Made by a program: the position numbers and the translations under genes. A stretch of 64,000 bases of DNA from contig CAWDEF010000001.1 in the NCBI GenBank assembly GCA_963801275.1, positions 1,007,481-1,071,480 on the forward strand. Reading direction: 5' to 3'. The DNA comes from an uncultured Acidobacteriota bacterium (GTDB lineage: Bacteria > Acidobacteriota > Thermoanaerobaculia > UBA5066 > Gp7-AA6). Positions 18,981 through 27,548 of this stretch are shown in pieces. How positions within the stretch are numbered: the first letter of the stretch is position 1; the number at the start of each line of letters is the position of its first letter. Below the pieces are notes generated by a model. The model was not told where the DNA came from. It was given only the letters and a program-made list of their open reading frames with translations, and searched no databases.

Positions 18981-19769
18981 GTGGGCACCCGCTTCGAGAC
19001 GAGAGCCTCCCGCGCGGAGGCTCTCGCCGCCTCCGCACCGACCGCAGCCGATCCGCTGCGGTTTGCCGCGGGCCTGTACCACGCCCAGGGCACGATCGCC
19101 GAGGCGCTCGAGTCGTCGGCCCGGACTCGCGCTGCCTTGACCGGCCACCTCGACGAGGATGCGGCCCGCGTCCTGGAGGAGGCACCGGCCGTTCTGGACT
19201 ACGCGGCAAGCCAGGGGCCGCCGGCCGTGGCGACGGAGGCCAGCGCACGTCAGGGAGATCTCGAGGCCACCGCCCGCACGCGCCTGATGGTTTACTGGAC
19301 GGGAGATCGCCGCTCCTCGGAGGATTACCTTTCGCGCGCCATCCTGCGACCGTACGTGGAGGTCCTGCGGGAGCTCAACGTCGCCCCCGACCGAATTCAC
19401 CGACGTGGACAGTGCCCGTTTTGCGGCGGCGGTCCCTGGGTTTCGGCGCGGCGCGAGGGATCGCTCATGGAAGGGGCGAGGAGGATGCTCGCCTGTGCGC
19501 TCTGCGGCGGAGAGTGGTCGTTTGGACGTATCCTTTGCCCTTCCTGCTTCGAGCAGGAACCGACTAAGCTCCCCTCCTTTCAGGTTGAGGCCCATCCGAC
19601 CGTGCGGATCGAGGCTTGCGAGACCTGCCGCCGATACGTCAAGTCGATCGACCTCTCCGAGGACGCCCGTCCGATCCCGGAGGTGGACGACCTCGTCTCC
19701 CTCTCGCTCGACCTGTGGGCGGCCGGCGAGGGTCTCACCCGAATCGAGCCCGGCCTCGCGGGCCTCTAG
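18981..19769 (+). CDS. fdhE: Formate dehydrogenase accessory protein FdhE
   Basis: 262 aa; CPFCGG, CALCGGEWS, CPSC, CETCRRY cysteine pairs characteristic of FdhE. Confidence 0.85.
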   Translation: MGTRFETRASRAEALAASAPTAADPLRFAAGLYHAQGTIAEALESSARTRAALTGHLDEDAARVLEEAPAVLDYAASQGPPAVATEASARQGDLEATARTRLMVYWTGDRRSSEDYLSRAILRPYVEVLRELNVAPDRIHRRGQCPFCGGGPWVSARREGSLMEGARRMLACALCGGEWSFGRILCPSCFEQEPTKLPSFQVEAHPTVRIEACETCRRYVKSIDLSEDARPIPEVDDLVSLSLDLWAAGEGLTRIEPGLAGL

Positions 19770-19771
19770 AC

Positions 19772-20212
19772 ATGACGCGGGACACCGCCGGCCTCCTCGC
19801 GGTGCAGGACTCCCTGCGCCGCCGCTTCGACGACTTTCGGGGCGCCCTCGAGCGCCGCGACGAAGCCGCCTACCGGATGGCGCTCTCGGACTTTCACGGG
19901 CATCTGTGCCGGTGGACGGCGGCGGAGGAAGAAACCCTGCTCTCCTCGCTCCCTCCCGACGGCTTCCCCGGGCGCGACCCCCGGCGGGAGCTGCGCCTCC
20001 AGTACGTCCAGATCCGAGAGTTGACCCGGTTTCTTCTCTCACAGCTCGCCACGCGTGCCCCGATGGGGGATGTCCTGGGCCTCGTCGAGAATCTCGACAG
20101 GCGCCTCACCTCGCACGAGTCGGAGATGCGAACCGTCTACTACCCGGCGGTGTCGGCGGGGCTCAGCGCCGAGGCCTGGAGGCGGCTCGCGGAGGCGGAG
20201 CCGCCTCCCTAG
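19772..20212 (+). CDS. Hemerythrin-like (HHE cation-binding) domain protein
   Basis: 146 aa; two HxxxE..LxP-like repeats (DFHGHLCRWTAAEEETLL and LTSHESEMRTVYYP); 2-bp gap after fdhE. Confidence 0.4.
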   Translation: MTRDTAGLLAVQDSLRRRFDDFRGALERRDEAAYRMALSDFHGHLCRWTAAEEETLLSSLPPDGFPGRDPRRELRLQYVQIRELTRFLLSQLATRAPMGDVLGLVENLDRRLTSHESEMRTVYYPAVSAGLSAEAWRRLAEAEPPP

Positions 20213-20514
20213 CCGAGCTGTGGCGTGTCGGCGAGCGGTTCCTCATCTCTCGGGCGGAGCGCCTCGTAGGCCGCCCGCAGGCGCTCGGCCGTCCAGCCCA
20301 GAAAGACACCCTCTCCCCGAAGAATCGGGTCCGAATCGGAAGATTCCAGGAGCACGATCGTGCCCTCTCCCCCGTCGCTGGCGACCGAAAGGCGCCAGGA
20401 CGACCGGGTCACCGCGCTCTCGCGGCTGCGCGTGAGCACGCGCTCGAGCCCGACCGCACGCGCACCGGTCAGCCCGTCGACGACCGCGCAGGAAGGCTCC
20501 GGCACCGTCGTCAT
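20209..20514 (-). CDS. Hypothetical 101-aa protein possibly translationally coupled to moaA (ATGA overlap)
   Basis: ATG at 20514 overlaps moaA TGA stop; no recognisable domain; open frames are common by chance at this GC, so weak. Confidence 0.25.
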   Translation of the reverse strand: MTTVPEPSCAVVDGLTGARAVGLERVLTRSRESAVTRSSWRLSVASDGGEGTIVLLESSDSDPILRGEGVFLGWTAERLRAAYEALRPRDEEPLADTPQLG

Positions 20515-21542
20515 CCGCCGCGTGTGTGCATCTCGAGGTGCGGATCGCGCCGCAACGTCTCGACGGGTGCCAGGGGCGCCCGATCGCGCATCGCCAGGCG
20601 TTCCTGCGCGCCGCGGTCGGCCCTCCCGGCCCAGGCGGATTCGATCAGGGCCCGGATCTCTCCAGCCGATGCTCCCGACCGCAGGGGGCCCCGCAGGTCG
20701 ATCCCCTTCGTGGCGTAGAGACAGAGGTACCAGAGACCATCGGCCGTCAGCCGGCTGCGGTCGCAAGAGAGGCAGAAAGGCGCCGTCGTCGAGGCAATGA
20801 TGCCGAAGACGCTGCCGTCCGGCAGGCGGAAGCGATCGGCGGGCGCCGAGCCGGCCGGCGGCAACTCTTCGACCGGGCCGAGCGCGCGCCCGATTTGGTC
20901 GAGCATCTCGGCACGGGAAACGACTTTCTCCCGCGACCAGAGCGTGGCGCCCCCCACGTCCATGTACTCGATGAAGCGGACTTCGGCCCCGACGCGCCGG
21001 CCGTAGGCGAGCAGCGGCAGCAGCTCGTCTTCGTTGACGCCGCGAATCACGACCGTGTCGATCTTGACCGGCGAAAGGCCGGCCCGGACCGCGGCCTCGA
21101 TCCCGGCGAGCACGCGCGGCAGGTGATCGAACCGGGCGAGCCGAAGGAAGCGCTCCCGAGAGAGCGTGTCGAGGCTCACGGTGATGCGGTGCAGGCCCGC
21201 CTCGCGAAGGGCCGCGGCCTGATCCGCCAGAAGGACGCCGTTGGTCGTCAGCGCGAGATCCCGCAGCGACGCTTTCGATGAGAGAAGGCGCACGAGACGT
21301 GGAAGATCCCGCCGCACGAGAGGCTCGCCGCCCGTCAAGCGGACCCGATCGACGCCGAGCGTCGTGAAGACGTCGCAGAGCCGGCTGACTTCCTCGAAAT
21401 CCAGAATGTCGCGCCGGGGCAGCCAGACATAGTCCCGCTCCGGCATGCAGTACTGGCAGCGCAGGTTGCACCGGTCCGTGACCGAAAGCCGGAGGTTCCG
21501 GAGCGGCCGCCGCAGGGTGTCGAAGACGGGCATTCCCGACAT
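20511..21542 (-). CDS. moaA: GTP 3',8-cyclase MoaA (molybdenum cofactor biosynthesis, radical SAM)
   Basis: 343 aa; CNLRCQYCMP radical-SAM cluster motif near N-term, C-terminal CLSCDRSRLTADG second cluster cysteines. Confidence 0.9.
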   Translation of the reverse strand: MSGMPVFDTLRRPLRNLRLSVTDRCNLRCQYCMPERDYVWLPRRDILDFEEVSRLCDVFTTLGVDRVRLTGGEPLVRRDLPRLVRLLSSKASLRDLALTTNGVLLADQAAALREAGLHRITVSLDTLSRERFLRLARFDHLPRVLAGIEAAVRAGLSPVKIDTVVIRGVNEDELLPLLAYGRRVGAEVRFIEYMDVGGATLWSREKVVSRAEMLDQIGRALGPVEELPPAGSAPADRFRLPDGSVFGIIASTTAPFCLSCDRSRLTADGLWYLCLYATKGIDLRGPLRSGASAGEIRALIESAWAGRADRGAQERLAMRDRAPLAPVETLRRDPHLEMHTRGG

Positions 21543-21543
21543 T

Positions 21544-22347
21544 CTACGTTTTTCGGCCTACCCGCAGGTCGAGGCGCCAGACGGCCCGGCGAACCCGATC
21601 CGGCTCGCCCCAGGCCTCCTCCAGATCCCTCCGAACGACGTCCAGGGCGTCTGATCCTCGCTCCTCCCGGTAGCGCCTGGCGGCGGACCAGGTTCGCAGA
21701 TATCCCTCCAGATCGGACAGGGACCAGTCCTTCTCCATCCGGAACAGGGGAAGCGCCTCTTCGGCGAAGGGAAAGTCGATCGTGTCGTAACCCCTGTCGA
21801 CGATCGCACGCTCGGGAGGCCAGTATGGGCCGACCACGCCGCGGTACAACTGCTCGACGACGGCATCCACGTCCGAATCGACCGAGAGCACGTCGTAGCA
21901 CCACGCGGCCACGACGCCGCGGGCGACCAGGACCCGACGGGCCTCGCTCCAGAAGCGCGTGCGGTCGAACCAGTGCAGCGCCTGCGCCACCGTGATCAGG
22001 TCGACCGTTTCGGCCTCGAGCCCCGAATCTTCGGCAGCCGCCATCCGGTAGCGCACGCGGGGATGAGGCCTCGCGTTCCCGAGCTGGCGCTCGGAGGCGT
22101 CGGTCGCCACGACTTCCTCGAAAAAGGCCGCCAGGCCGACCGCAGCCTGCCCGCTTCCGGTCGCACAGTCCCATGCGCGCCGCCGTCCGGGAGCCATCTC
22201 GGCGAGGCGCGCGAACAGCGCGGCCGGATAGTCCGGCCGGTATCTCGCGTAGTCGGCGGAGGCCGCCGAGAAGTGATCGGCGAAGGGGAAGGGGCGCGTC
22301 ACGGCCGCCGTGCGGTTCGCCGATGGCTTCCAGGGTCCGGAACGCAC
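21544..22347 (-). CDS. Class I SAM-dependent methyltransferase (type 11 domain); start uncertain
   Basis: AWDCATGSGQAAVGLAAFFEEVVATDASERQL (motif I GxGxG), RYRMAAAED, VDLITVAQALHWF; ends 1 bp before moaA start (operon). Confidence 0.7.
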   Translation of the reverse strand: MRSGPWKPSANRTAAVTRPFPFADHFSAASADYARYRPDYPAALFARLAEMAPGRRRAWDCATGSGQAAVGLAAFFEEVVATDASERQLGNARPHPRVRYRMAAAEDSGLEAETVDLITVAQALHWFDRTRFWSEARRVLVARGVVAAWCYDVLSVDSDVDAVVEQLYRGVVGPYWPPERAIVDRGYDTIDFPFAEEALPLFRMEKDWSLSDLEGYLRTWSAARRYREERGSDALDVVRRDLEEAWGEPDRVRRAVWRLDLRVGRKT

Positions 22348-22547
22348 GACCCGGAGAAACCGAAGGACCTTCCGCTCCTCGCCCCCTTCTCGAACTCGCG
22401 CCGCGCGAGGCCGACGGCTGCCCGACGACGGCGGGAGAGGCGGCGCGCCGCATCTCCGACTCTCTTCATGAAAACCGCGCTCCTCGGCAGGACGGCCCGC
22501 CGCGGGCGAGAGTCTATAATCGCCCCGTGGCCCTCCCGGATCCCGCG

Positions 22548-23009
22548 ATGCCCTTCCCCGCGAGCCTGCTTCTCACCGAGGACGGACGGACGGCCGCGCC
22601 TGCGCGGCACGAGACACTCTACGCCCTCTTCCACACCGGGTGCCCGACTTCGGAGCTGGCGTGGCCTTATCTCGCGCGGCTCCAGAGGCTCGGCGGGGAT
22701 CGAGGACTGCGTGTCGTCGCGGTGTCCCAGGACGGACCCGGAGAGGCGAACCGGTTTCAGGAGCGCCTCGGGGCCCGGCTCGAGACGCTCTACGATCCGC
22801 CGCCCTGGAAGGCCTCGCAAGCGCTCGGCCTCGAGAGCGTGCCGGCCTTTGCGCGCGTGAGCCCCGAGGGCCGCCTCGAGGAGCTCGTCGTCGGGTTCCA
22901 GAGGGACAGGATGGAGGCGTTTGCCGCCCGATCGGCGTTACTCGCCGGCCGCGCCGAGAGCGCCCTCTTCCGGCCGGACGAGAATGTCCCGGCCGTCCGC
23001 CCCGGTTGA
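22548..23009 (+). CDS. Thioredoxin-fold redoxin / AhpC-TSA family protein (single Cys)
   Basis: 153 aa; ...YALFHTGCPTSELAWPYLARLQ...VVAVSQDGPGE...ESVPAFARVSPEGRL fits redoxin/peroxiredoxin-like layout; start chosen at first ATG after divergent region. Confidence 0.5.
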   Translation: MPFPASLLLTEDGRTAAPARHETLYALFHTGCPTSELAWPYLARLQRLGGDRGLRVVAVSQDGPGEANRFQERLGARLETLYDPPPWKASQALGLESVPAFARVSPEGRLEELVVGFQRDRMEAFAARSALLAGRAESALFRPDENVPAVRPG

Positions 23010-23089
23010 TCTTCGCGAAACGCCGGCAGTTAGGCTGAGCGACCAGCATCTCGGAGAATGGGAGAACACGGACGAACCACGGGGGAACC

Positions 23090-24634
23090 TTGAGCAAGCC
23101 GTCGACCTTCGGACAGTTGAAGCGCAGCGGGTATCGGCCTCGGAGCGTCAAGGAGGAGCTTCGCGACAACCTGCGACGCGCTCTCGCGGCCGGCCGCAAC
23201 CCGTTCCCCGGCATCCACGGCTACGAGCGTACGGTCCTTCCCTCCCTCTACAACGCCGTGCTCTCCCGGCATGACCTGTTGCTGCTCGGCCTGCGCGGGC
23301 AGGCCAAGACGCGCCTGCTCCGAATGCTCGTGAACCTTCTCGATCCGGAAATCCCGGCGATCGAGGGCAGCGAATTGAACGAAGATCCGCATCTCCCGAC
23401 AACGAAGTACGGACGACGGGTCCTCGAAGAGAAGGGCGACGAGACGCCGCTCGCCTGGATTCCCCGGGAAGAACGATACCGCGAGAAGCTCGCGACACCG
23501 GACGTCACGATCGCCGACCTGATCGGCGACGTGGACCCGATCAAGGCGGCCACCCAGCGGCGCACCTACTCCGACGAAGAAGTCATCCACTTCGGAATCA
23601 TTCCCCGCACCAACCGCGGAATTTTCGCGATCAACGAGCTGCCGGACCTCCAGCCTCGCATCCAGGTGGGGCTGCTCAACATCCTCGAGGAGCGCGACCT
23701 TCAGATCCGCGGCTTTCCGATTCGCATTCCGCTCGACATCCTGCTCGTCTTCTCGGCAAATCCCGAGGACTACACGAATCGGGGCAACATCATCACGCCC
23801 CTGAAGGATCGGATCTCGTCACAGATCCTGACCCACTACCCCGACGACGTGAAGACGGCCGCCCGGATCACGGCCCAGGAGGCCTGGGTCGAGCGAGAGG
23901 GAGAGCCGCACGCCGAAGTGCCGGACCTCTTTCGCGAGTTGATCGAGGAGATCGCCTTCACCGCGCGTTCGAGCGAGTTCGTCGACCAGTCCTCCGGTGT
24001 TTCGGCCCGCATGCCCATCTCGGCCATTGAGATCCTGGTCTCGAATCTCGAGCGGCGGGGCCTCGCGAACCATGAGGCCCGCGTCTTCCCGCGGCTGTGC
24101 GATCTGCCGGCCACCCTGCCCGCCATCACCGGAAAGGTCGAGATGGTCTACGAGGGCGAGCAGCAGGGCGCCGAGGTCGTGGCCAAGAAGCTGATCGGCG
24201 TGACCCTGAAGAAGCTCTTCGACGCCAAGTTTCCCGCGCCGGATGCCGGCCGCCCGACGGATCGGCGCCGCGTCGAGCTCGAGGAGGCCACCGAAGAGAG
24301 CCCCACGCCCCGGCGCGGACGCGCCCCGGCGCCCGAAAAGATCCACCCGATCTACGAGCCCATCGTCGAGTGGTTCGGGGGCGGCGGCAAGGTCACCCTG
24401 TCCGACGACACTCCGTTTGCGGACCACCTGGCCGCGCTCGACTCCGTGCCGGGCCTGCGAAAGGCCGTCGAGGAACACTTCGCCCCGGCCTCTCCGGAGG
24501 AGCTCGCGATCGGCATGGAGCTCGTGCTCGAGGGCCTCACGCAGCACCTGAAGATTGCCCGCGAGGACCTCGACTCCAAGGTCTCCTACATGGAGATGCT
24601 CAAGTTCAATCTCGTCAGGAGCCGGGTCAACTGA
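23090..24634 (+). CDS. ChlI/BchI-like (Mg-chelatase clade) AAA+ ATPase with about 200-aa C-terminal extension
   Basis: 514 aa; IHGYERTVLPSLYNAVLSRHDLLLLGLRGQAKTRLLRML aligns with ChlI N-terminus incl. Walker A variant; GIFAINELPDL (Walker B), NPEDYTNRGNIITPLKDRIS (sensor region like ChlI NPEEGELRPQLLDRF). Confidence 0.75.
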   Translation: MSKPSTFGQLKRSGYRPRSVKEELRDNLRRALAAGRNPFPGIHGYERTVLPSLYNAVLSRHDLLLLGLRGQAKTRLLRMLVNLLDPEIPAIEGSELNEDPHLPTTKYGRRVLEEKGDETPLAWIPREERYREKLATPDVTIADLIGDVDPIKAATQRRTYSDEEVIHFGIIPRTNRGIFAINELPDLQPRIQVGLLNILEERDLQIRGFPIRIPLDILLVFSANPEDYTNRGNIITPLKDRISSQILTHYPDDVKTAARITAQEAWVEREGEPHAEVPDLFRELIEEIAFTARSSEFVDQSSGVSARMPISAIEILVSNLERRGLANHEARVFPRLCDLPATLPAITGKVEMVYEGEQQGAEVVAKKLIGVTLKKLFDAKFPAPDAGRPTDRRRVELEEATEESPTPRRGRAPAPEKIHPIYEPIVEWFGGGGKVTLSDDTPFADHLAALDSVPGLRKAVEEHFAPASPEELAIGMELVLEGLTQHLKIAREDLDSKVSYMEMLKFNLVRSRVN

Positions 24635-24648
24635 AGCCGTGGGGATGG

Positions 24649-24750
24649 CCCCTCACCCCTACCCTCTCCCGGCGGGAGAGGGAGTGTTGCGGTCTCCCGC
24701 CCCCGCAAACCCTCTCCCCCCGGCAGGGGGAGAGGGCAGGGTGAGGGGGG
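24649..24750. repeat. REP-like compound palindromic element (CCCCTCACCCCTACCCTCTCCC ... GGGAGAGGGCAGGGTGAGGGGGG with internal CTCTCCCGGCGGGAGAG and CCCTCTCCCCCCGGCAGGGGGAGAGGG hairpins)
   Basis: About 100-nt intergenic imperfect hairpin between AAA+ stop and aldolase ATG; shares CCCTCTCCCC/GGGGAGAGGG core with element at 42538-42651; translates to spurious Pro/Gly-rich ORFs on both strands. Confidence 0.6.
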
Positions 24751-24753
24751 CGG

Positions 24754-25515
24754 ATGCCCGGGTCCCTCCGCTCCCGCGTCCTTTCCGGCGAGACGCTTCT
24801 CGGCTGCTTCCTCACCTGGCCGACCGCGGGCCTCGCGGAGCTCGTCGCTCTCGCCGGGCTGGACTTTCTGGTGCTGGACTCCGAGCACGGCTTCTTTTCG
24901 ATCGAGTCGATCCAGGCGATGGCGATCGCCGCCGACGCCGCGGGGATCCCGGCCATCGTGCGTGTGCCCTCCTGCTCCGCCCCGGAAGTCTCGCGGTGCC
25001 TCGACGCCGGGACGGCGGGTCTGCTCTTCCCGCGGGGCGAGGGCCTTTCCGCGATCCGGGCGGCCCTGGAAAGCGCGCGCTACCCGCCGACCGGAAGACG
25101 AGGCCTGGGCGGGGTGCGGGCCAACCGCTACGGGACGATCCCGCTCGACCGCCATGTCGTTGAGTCGAACGAACGCACGCTGCTCGCCGCGCAGATTGAG
25201 ACGCCCGGTGCGCTGAAGGATCTCCCGGCGATCGCCCGCGAGCCGGGCCTGGACGTCCTCTTCGTCGGCCCAAACGACCTGTCGCAGGCCCTCGGCATCC
25301 CCGGCCGCTTCGAGGACGCCCGGTTCAAGGACGCCCTCGGGCAAGTCGCGGCAGCGGCACGCGAGGGAGGCAAGGCCGCCGGCATCATGCTGACCCGCCG
25401 TGAACAGGTCCCGGAGCTGACCGCGATGGGGTATCGAGTCTTCACCGTGAGCGAGCGGACTCTCCTGCTCGAGTCCGGCCGGGCGTGGCGTGCCGCCGTG
25501 GCCGCGCGGCCGTAG
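24754..25515 (+). CDS. HpcH/HpaI aldolase / citrate lyase beta-like family protein
   Basis: 253 aa; LLGCFLTWPTAGLAELVALAGLDFLVLDSEHG, IPAIVRVP, LLFPRGEG motifs typical of HpcH/HpaI (class II aldolase TIM barrel). Confidence 0.8.
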   Translation: MPGSLRSRVLSGETLLGCFLTWPTAGLAELVALAGLDFLVLDSEHGFFSIESIQAMAIAADAAGIPAIVRVPSCSAPEVSRCLDAGTAGLLFPRGEGLSAIRAALESARYPPTGRRGLGGVRANRYGTIPLDRHVVESNERTLLAAQIETPGALKDLPAIAREPGLDVLFVGPNDLSQALGIPGRFEDARFKDALGQVAAAAREGGKAAGIMLTRREQVPELTAMGYRVFTVSERTLLLESGRAWRAAVAARP

Positions 25516-25528
25516 AATCGAATCGCCG

Positions 25529-26614
25529 ATGCGATACCGCTACAGCGATTTCCCCACGGATCTGCTTCGGCAGCTGCTGACCTATCAGGAGCTCGTCAAG
25601 CTCTTCCTGCAGCTCGTCCTCCAGACGGGAGGGGACGTCGACGAGGCTCTGCGCTGGATGAAGTATCTGCAGGAGCGCGGCATCATCGGCGAAGAAGTGG
25701 ACCTGGACGAGTTCGCCCGGGCGCTTCAGAAGAACGAGATCGTCGAAGACCGCGGCGGCTCGCTGGCGCTCTCCTCGGGCGGCGAGCGGCGTATCCGGCG
25801 CTCGGCCCTCGAGGAGATCTTCAGTTCCCTGTCGAAGGCCGGCTCGGGCTACCACGCAATTCCTCGGGCCGGCGGCGGCGGGGACCTGCTGCCCGAGACG
25901 CGCGCCTACGAGTTCGGCGACAACCCGACGGCGATCGACGGCGTGCGCACCATCGGCAATGCCGTCCGCCGGGACGCGGACAGGATCGCTCTGGAGCCCG
26001 AAGACTTCGAGATCCACGAGGAGGAGCACCTGACCTCCTGCGCGACGGTCCTCGCCATCGACATCTCCCACTCGATGGTGCTCTACGGCGAGGACCGCTT
26101 CACGCCGGCCAAGAAGGTCGCCCTGGCGCTCGTGGAGCTGATCCAGTCGAAGTACCCCAAGGATTCCGTGGACGTCCTGCTCTTCGGCGACGACGCGACC
26201 CGCGTTCCGATCTCCGAGATCTCGAAGACGATGGTCGGGCCGTACCACACCAACACCAAGGCGGGCCTCGCCCTCGCACGCAAGCTCCTGGTCCACCGCA
26301 AGAACCCGAACAAACAGATCTTCCTCATCACCGACGGCAAGCCTTCGGCAATCTGGGAGCACGGGCGGCTCTACAAGAACCCCTTTGGCCTGGATCTGAA
26401 GATCGTCAACCGCACGCTCGAGGAAGCCGACGCCTGCCGGCGGGATCAAATCACCATCACGACCTTCATGATCGCGACCGATGCCTACCTCGTCGACTTC
26501 GTGGACAAGCTGACCAAGATCAACAGAGGCCGCGCCTACTACGCCTCGCCCTACAACCTGGCGGAGTTCCTTTTCACCGACTACATCCGGAACCGCAAGA
26601 AGTTCCTGCATTGA
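25529..26614 (+). CDS. von Willebrand factor A (vWA) domain protein, CoxE/ChlD-like partner of AAA+ ATPases
   Basis: 361 aa; MIDAS DISHSM (DxSxS), ...TNTKAGLALARKLL..., IFLITDGKPS; 13 bp after aldolase stop. Confidence 0.8.
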   Translation: MRYRYSDFPTDLLRQLLTYQELVKLFLQLVLQTGGDVDEALRWMKYLQERGIIGEEVDLDEFARALQKNEIVEDRGGSLALSSGGERRIRRSALEEIFSSLSKAGSGYHAIPRAGGGGDLLPETRAYEFGDNPTAIDGVRTIGNAVRRDADRIALEPEDFEIHEEEHLTSCATVLAIDISHSMVLYGEDRFTPAKKVALALVELIQSKYPKDSVDVLLFGDDATRVPISEISKTMVGPYHTNTKAGLALARKLLVHRKNPNKQIFLITDGKPSAIWEHGRLYKNPFGLDLKIVNRTLEEADACRRDQITITTFMIATDAYLVDFVDKLTKINRGRAYYASPYNLAEFLFTDYIRNRKKFLH

Positions 26615-27090
26615 GCCTGACGCTCGCGCTCCTCCTTGGAGGGCTCATCCTCTCGGCTGCGGCATTTCTCGTGGTGCCGCGGCGGCTGCTGGCGAAGGCG
26701 CAGGATCGCCTCGCGCGGGCCCGCCTGGCACACGGAGGATCGGAGTTCCGTCTCTTGACGCGCGCCGAGCTCGTGACGGGGCGCTTCCGGCGCCTGCCGG
26801 GAATCCTGGGCCTGACGGCCGACCGGATCCTCTTCGAAGGGCTCTTCGGCGAGTCGCAGGAGCTCGCGACCTCCCGCATCCAGAAGATCGAGACCGGCCG
26901 GCGACTCGCCAACGGACGCGTGCTTCTGCGGCGCGAAGTCCTTCGAATCACGCCCTCCGGTGGCTCGCCCCTCGAGTTCGTGCTGACGCCCGCGGCGGCC
27001 TCTGCCTGGCGCAGCCACCTCGGTCTCTGGGCGATGAAGGAGCGCCAGGCGGACGCCGACCGCGTCGTCCCGGGGCGGTCGCCCTCCTAG
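26611..27090 (+). CDS. Hypothetical membrane-anchored protein with bacterial PH/GRAM-like domain
   Basis: TTG start overlapping vWA stop; N-terminal TM helix MSLTLALLLGGLILSAAAFLVV then about 130-aa soluble domain; no strong motif. Confidence 0.4.
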   Translation: MSLTLALLLGGLILSAAAFLVVPRRLLAKAQDRLARARLAHGGSEFRLLTRAELVTGRFRRLPGILGLTADRILFEGLFGESQELATSRIQKIETGRRLANGRVLLRREVLRITPSGGSPLEFVLTPAAASAWRSHLGLWAMKERQADADRVVPGRSPS

Positions 27091-27548
27091 CGGCTGCGGC
27101 GACTGGCGGCCAGAACCTGCGCCGCGAGAGCCAGAAACCCCACGTCACGCAGAATCGTCCAGCGCATCTCGGAAAGCCGCTCCGCGCGTGGCTTGTCCCT
27201 GGCCGTGATGTCGAAGCAGCCACAGGCGACGGGATTGCCGCGCGCCAGGTTGATCGAGAGCGCGCCGATGAAGAGGAGCAGGAGGCCGGCGGCCAGGCCC
27301 GCGGCGGTCCGCTTCCAGAACCCCACGATCAAGGCCAGCCCCAGGATCAGCTCGACCCAGGGCATCCAGAGCGCCAGAGCGTTGACCGCCCAACCCGGCA
27401 CGAGGCGGTAGTTGTAGACCATGTGGGCGAAGGAGGGTGGGTCGGCGATCTTCGCAAGGGCCGCCACGACGAAGATCGCCCCGAGCGCGAGCTGGGCGCG
27501 GATCGAGAGCCACGGCGAAAGCCACCAGGGGCGCGGATCCTCGATCAC
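27087..27548 (-). CDS. DoxX/MauE family membrane protein
   Basis: GTG start at 27548 overlapping rhodanese TGA (GTGA); four TM helices, WWLSPWLSIRAQLALGAIFVVAALAKIADPP... and conserved CGCF near C-terminus as in MauE/DoxX. Confidence 0.65.
   Translation of the reverse strand: MIEDPRPWWLSPWLSIRAQLALGAIFVVAALAKIADPPSFAHMVYNYRLVPGWAVNALALWMPWVELILGLALIVGFWKRTAAGLAAGLLLLFIGALSINLARGNPVACGCFDITARDKPRAERLSEMRWTILRDVGFLALAAQVLAASRRSR

Noticed and set aside
18504-20042. 512-aa minus-strand ORF over fdnI/fdhE
   Set aside because: Antisense artefact with Arg/Gly-rich composition
24586-25344. 252-aa minus ORF with PLPLPPGEGRGEGPSP repeats
   Set aside because: Its repeat region is the translated REP-like palindrome; the remainder is antisense to the aldolase gene
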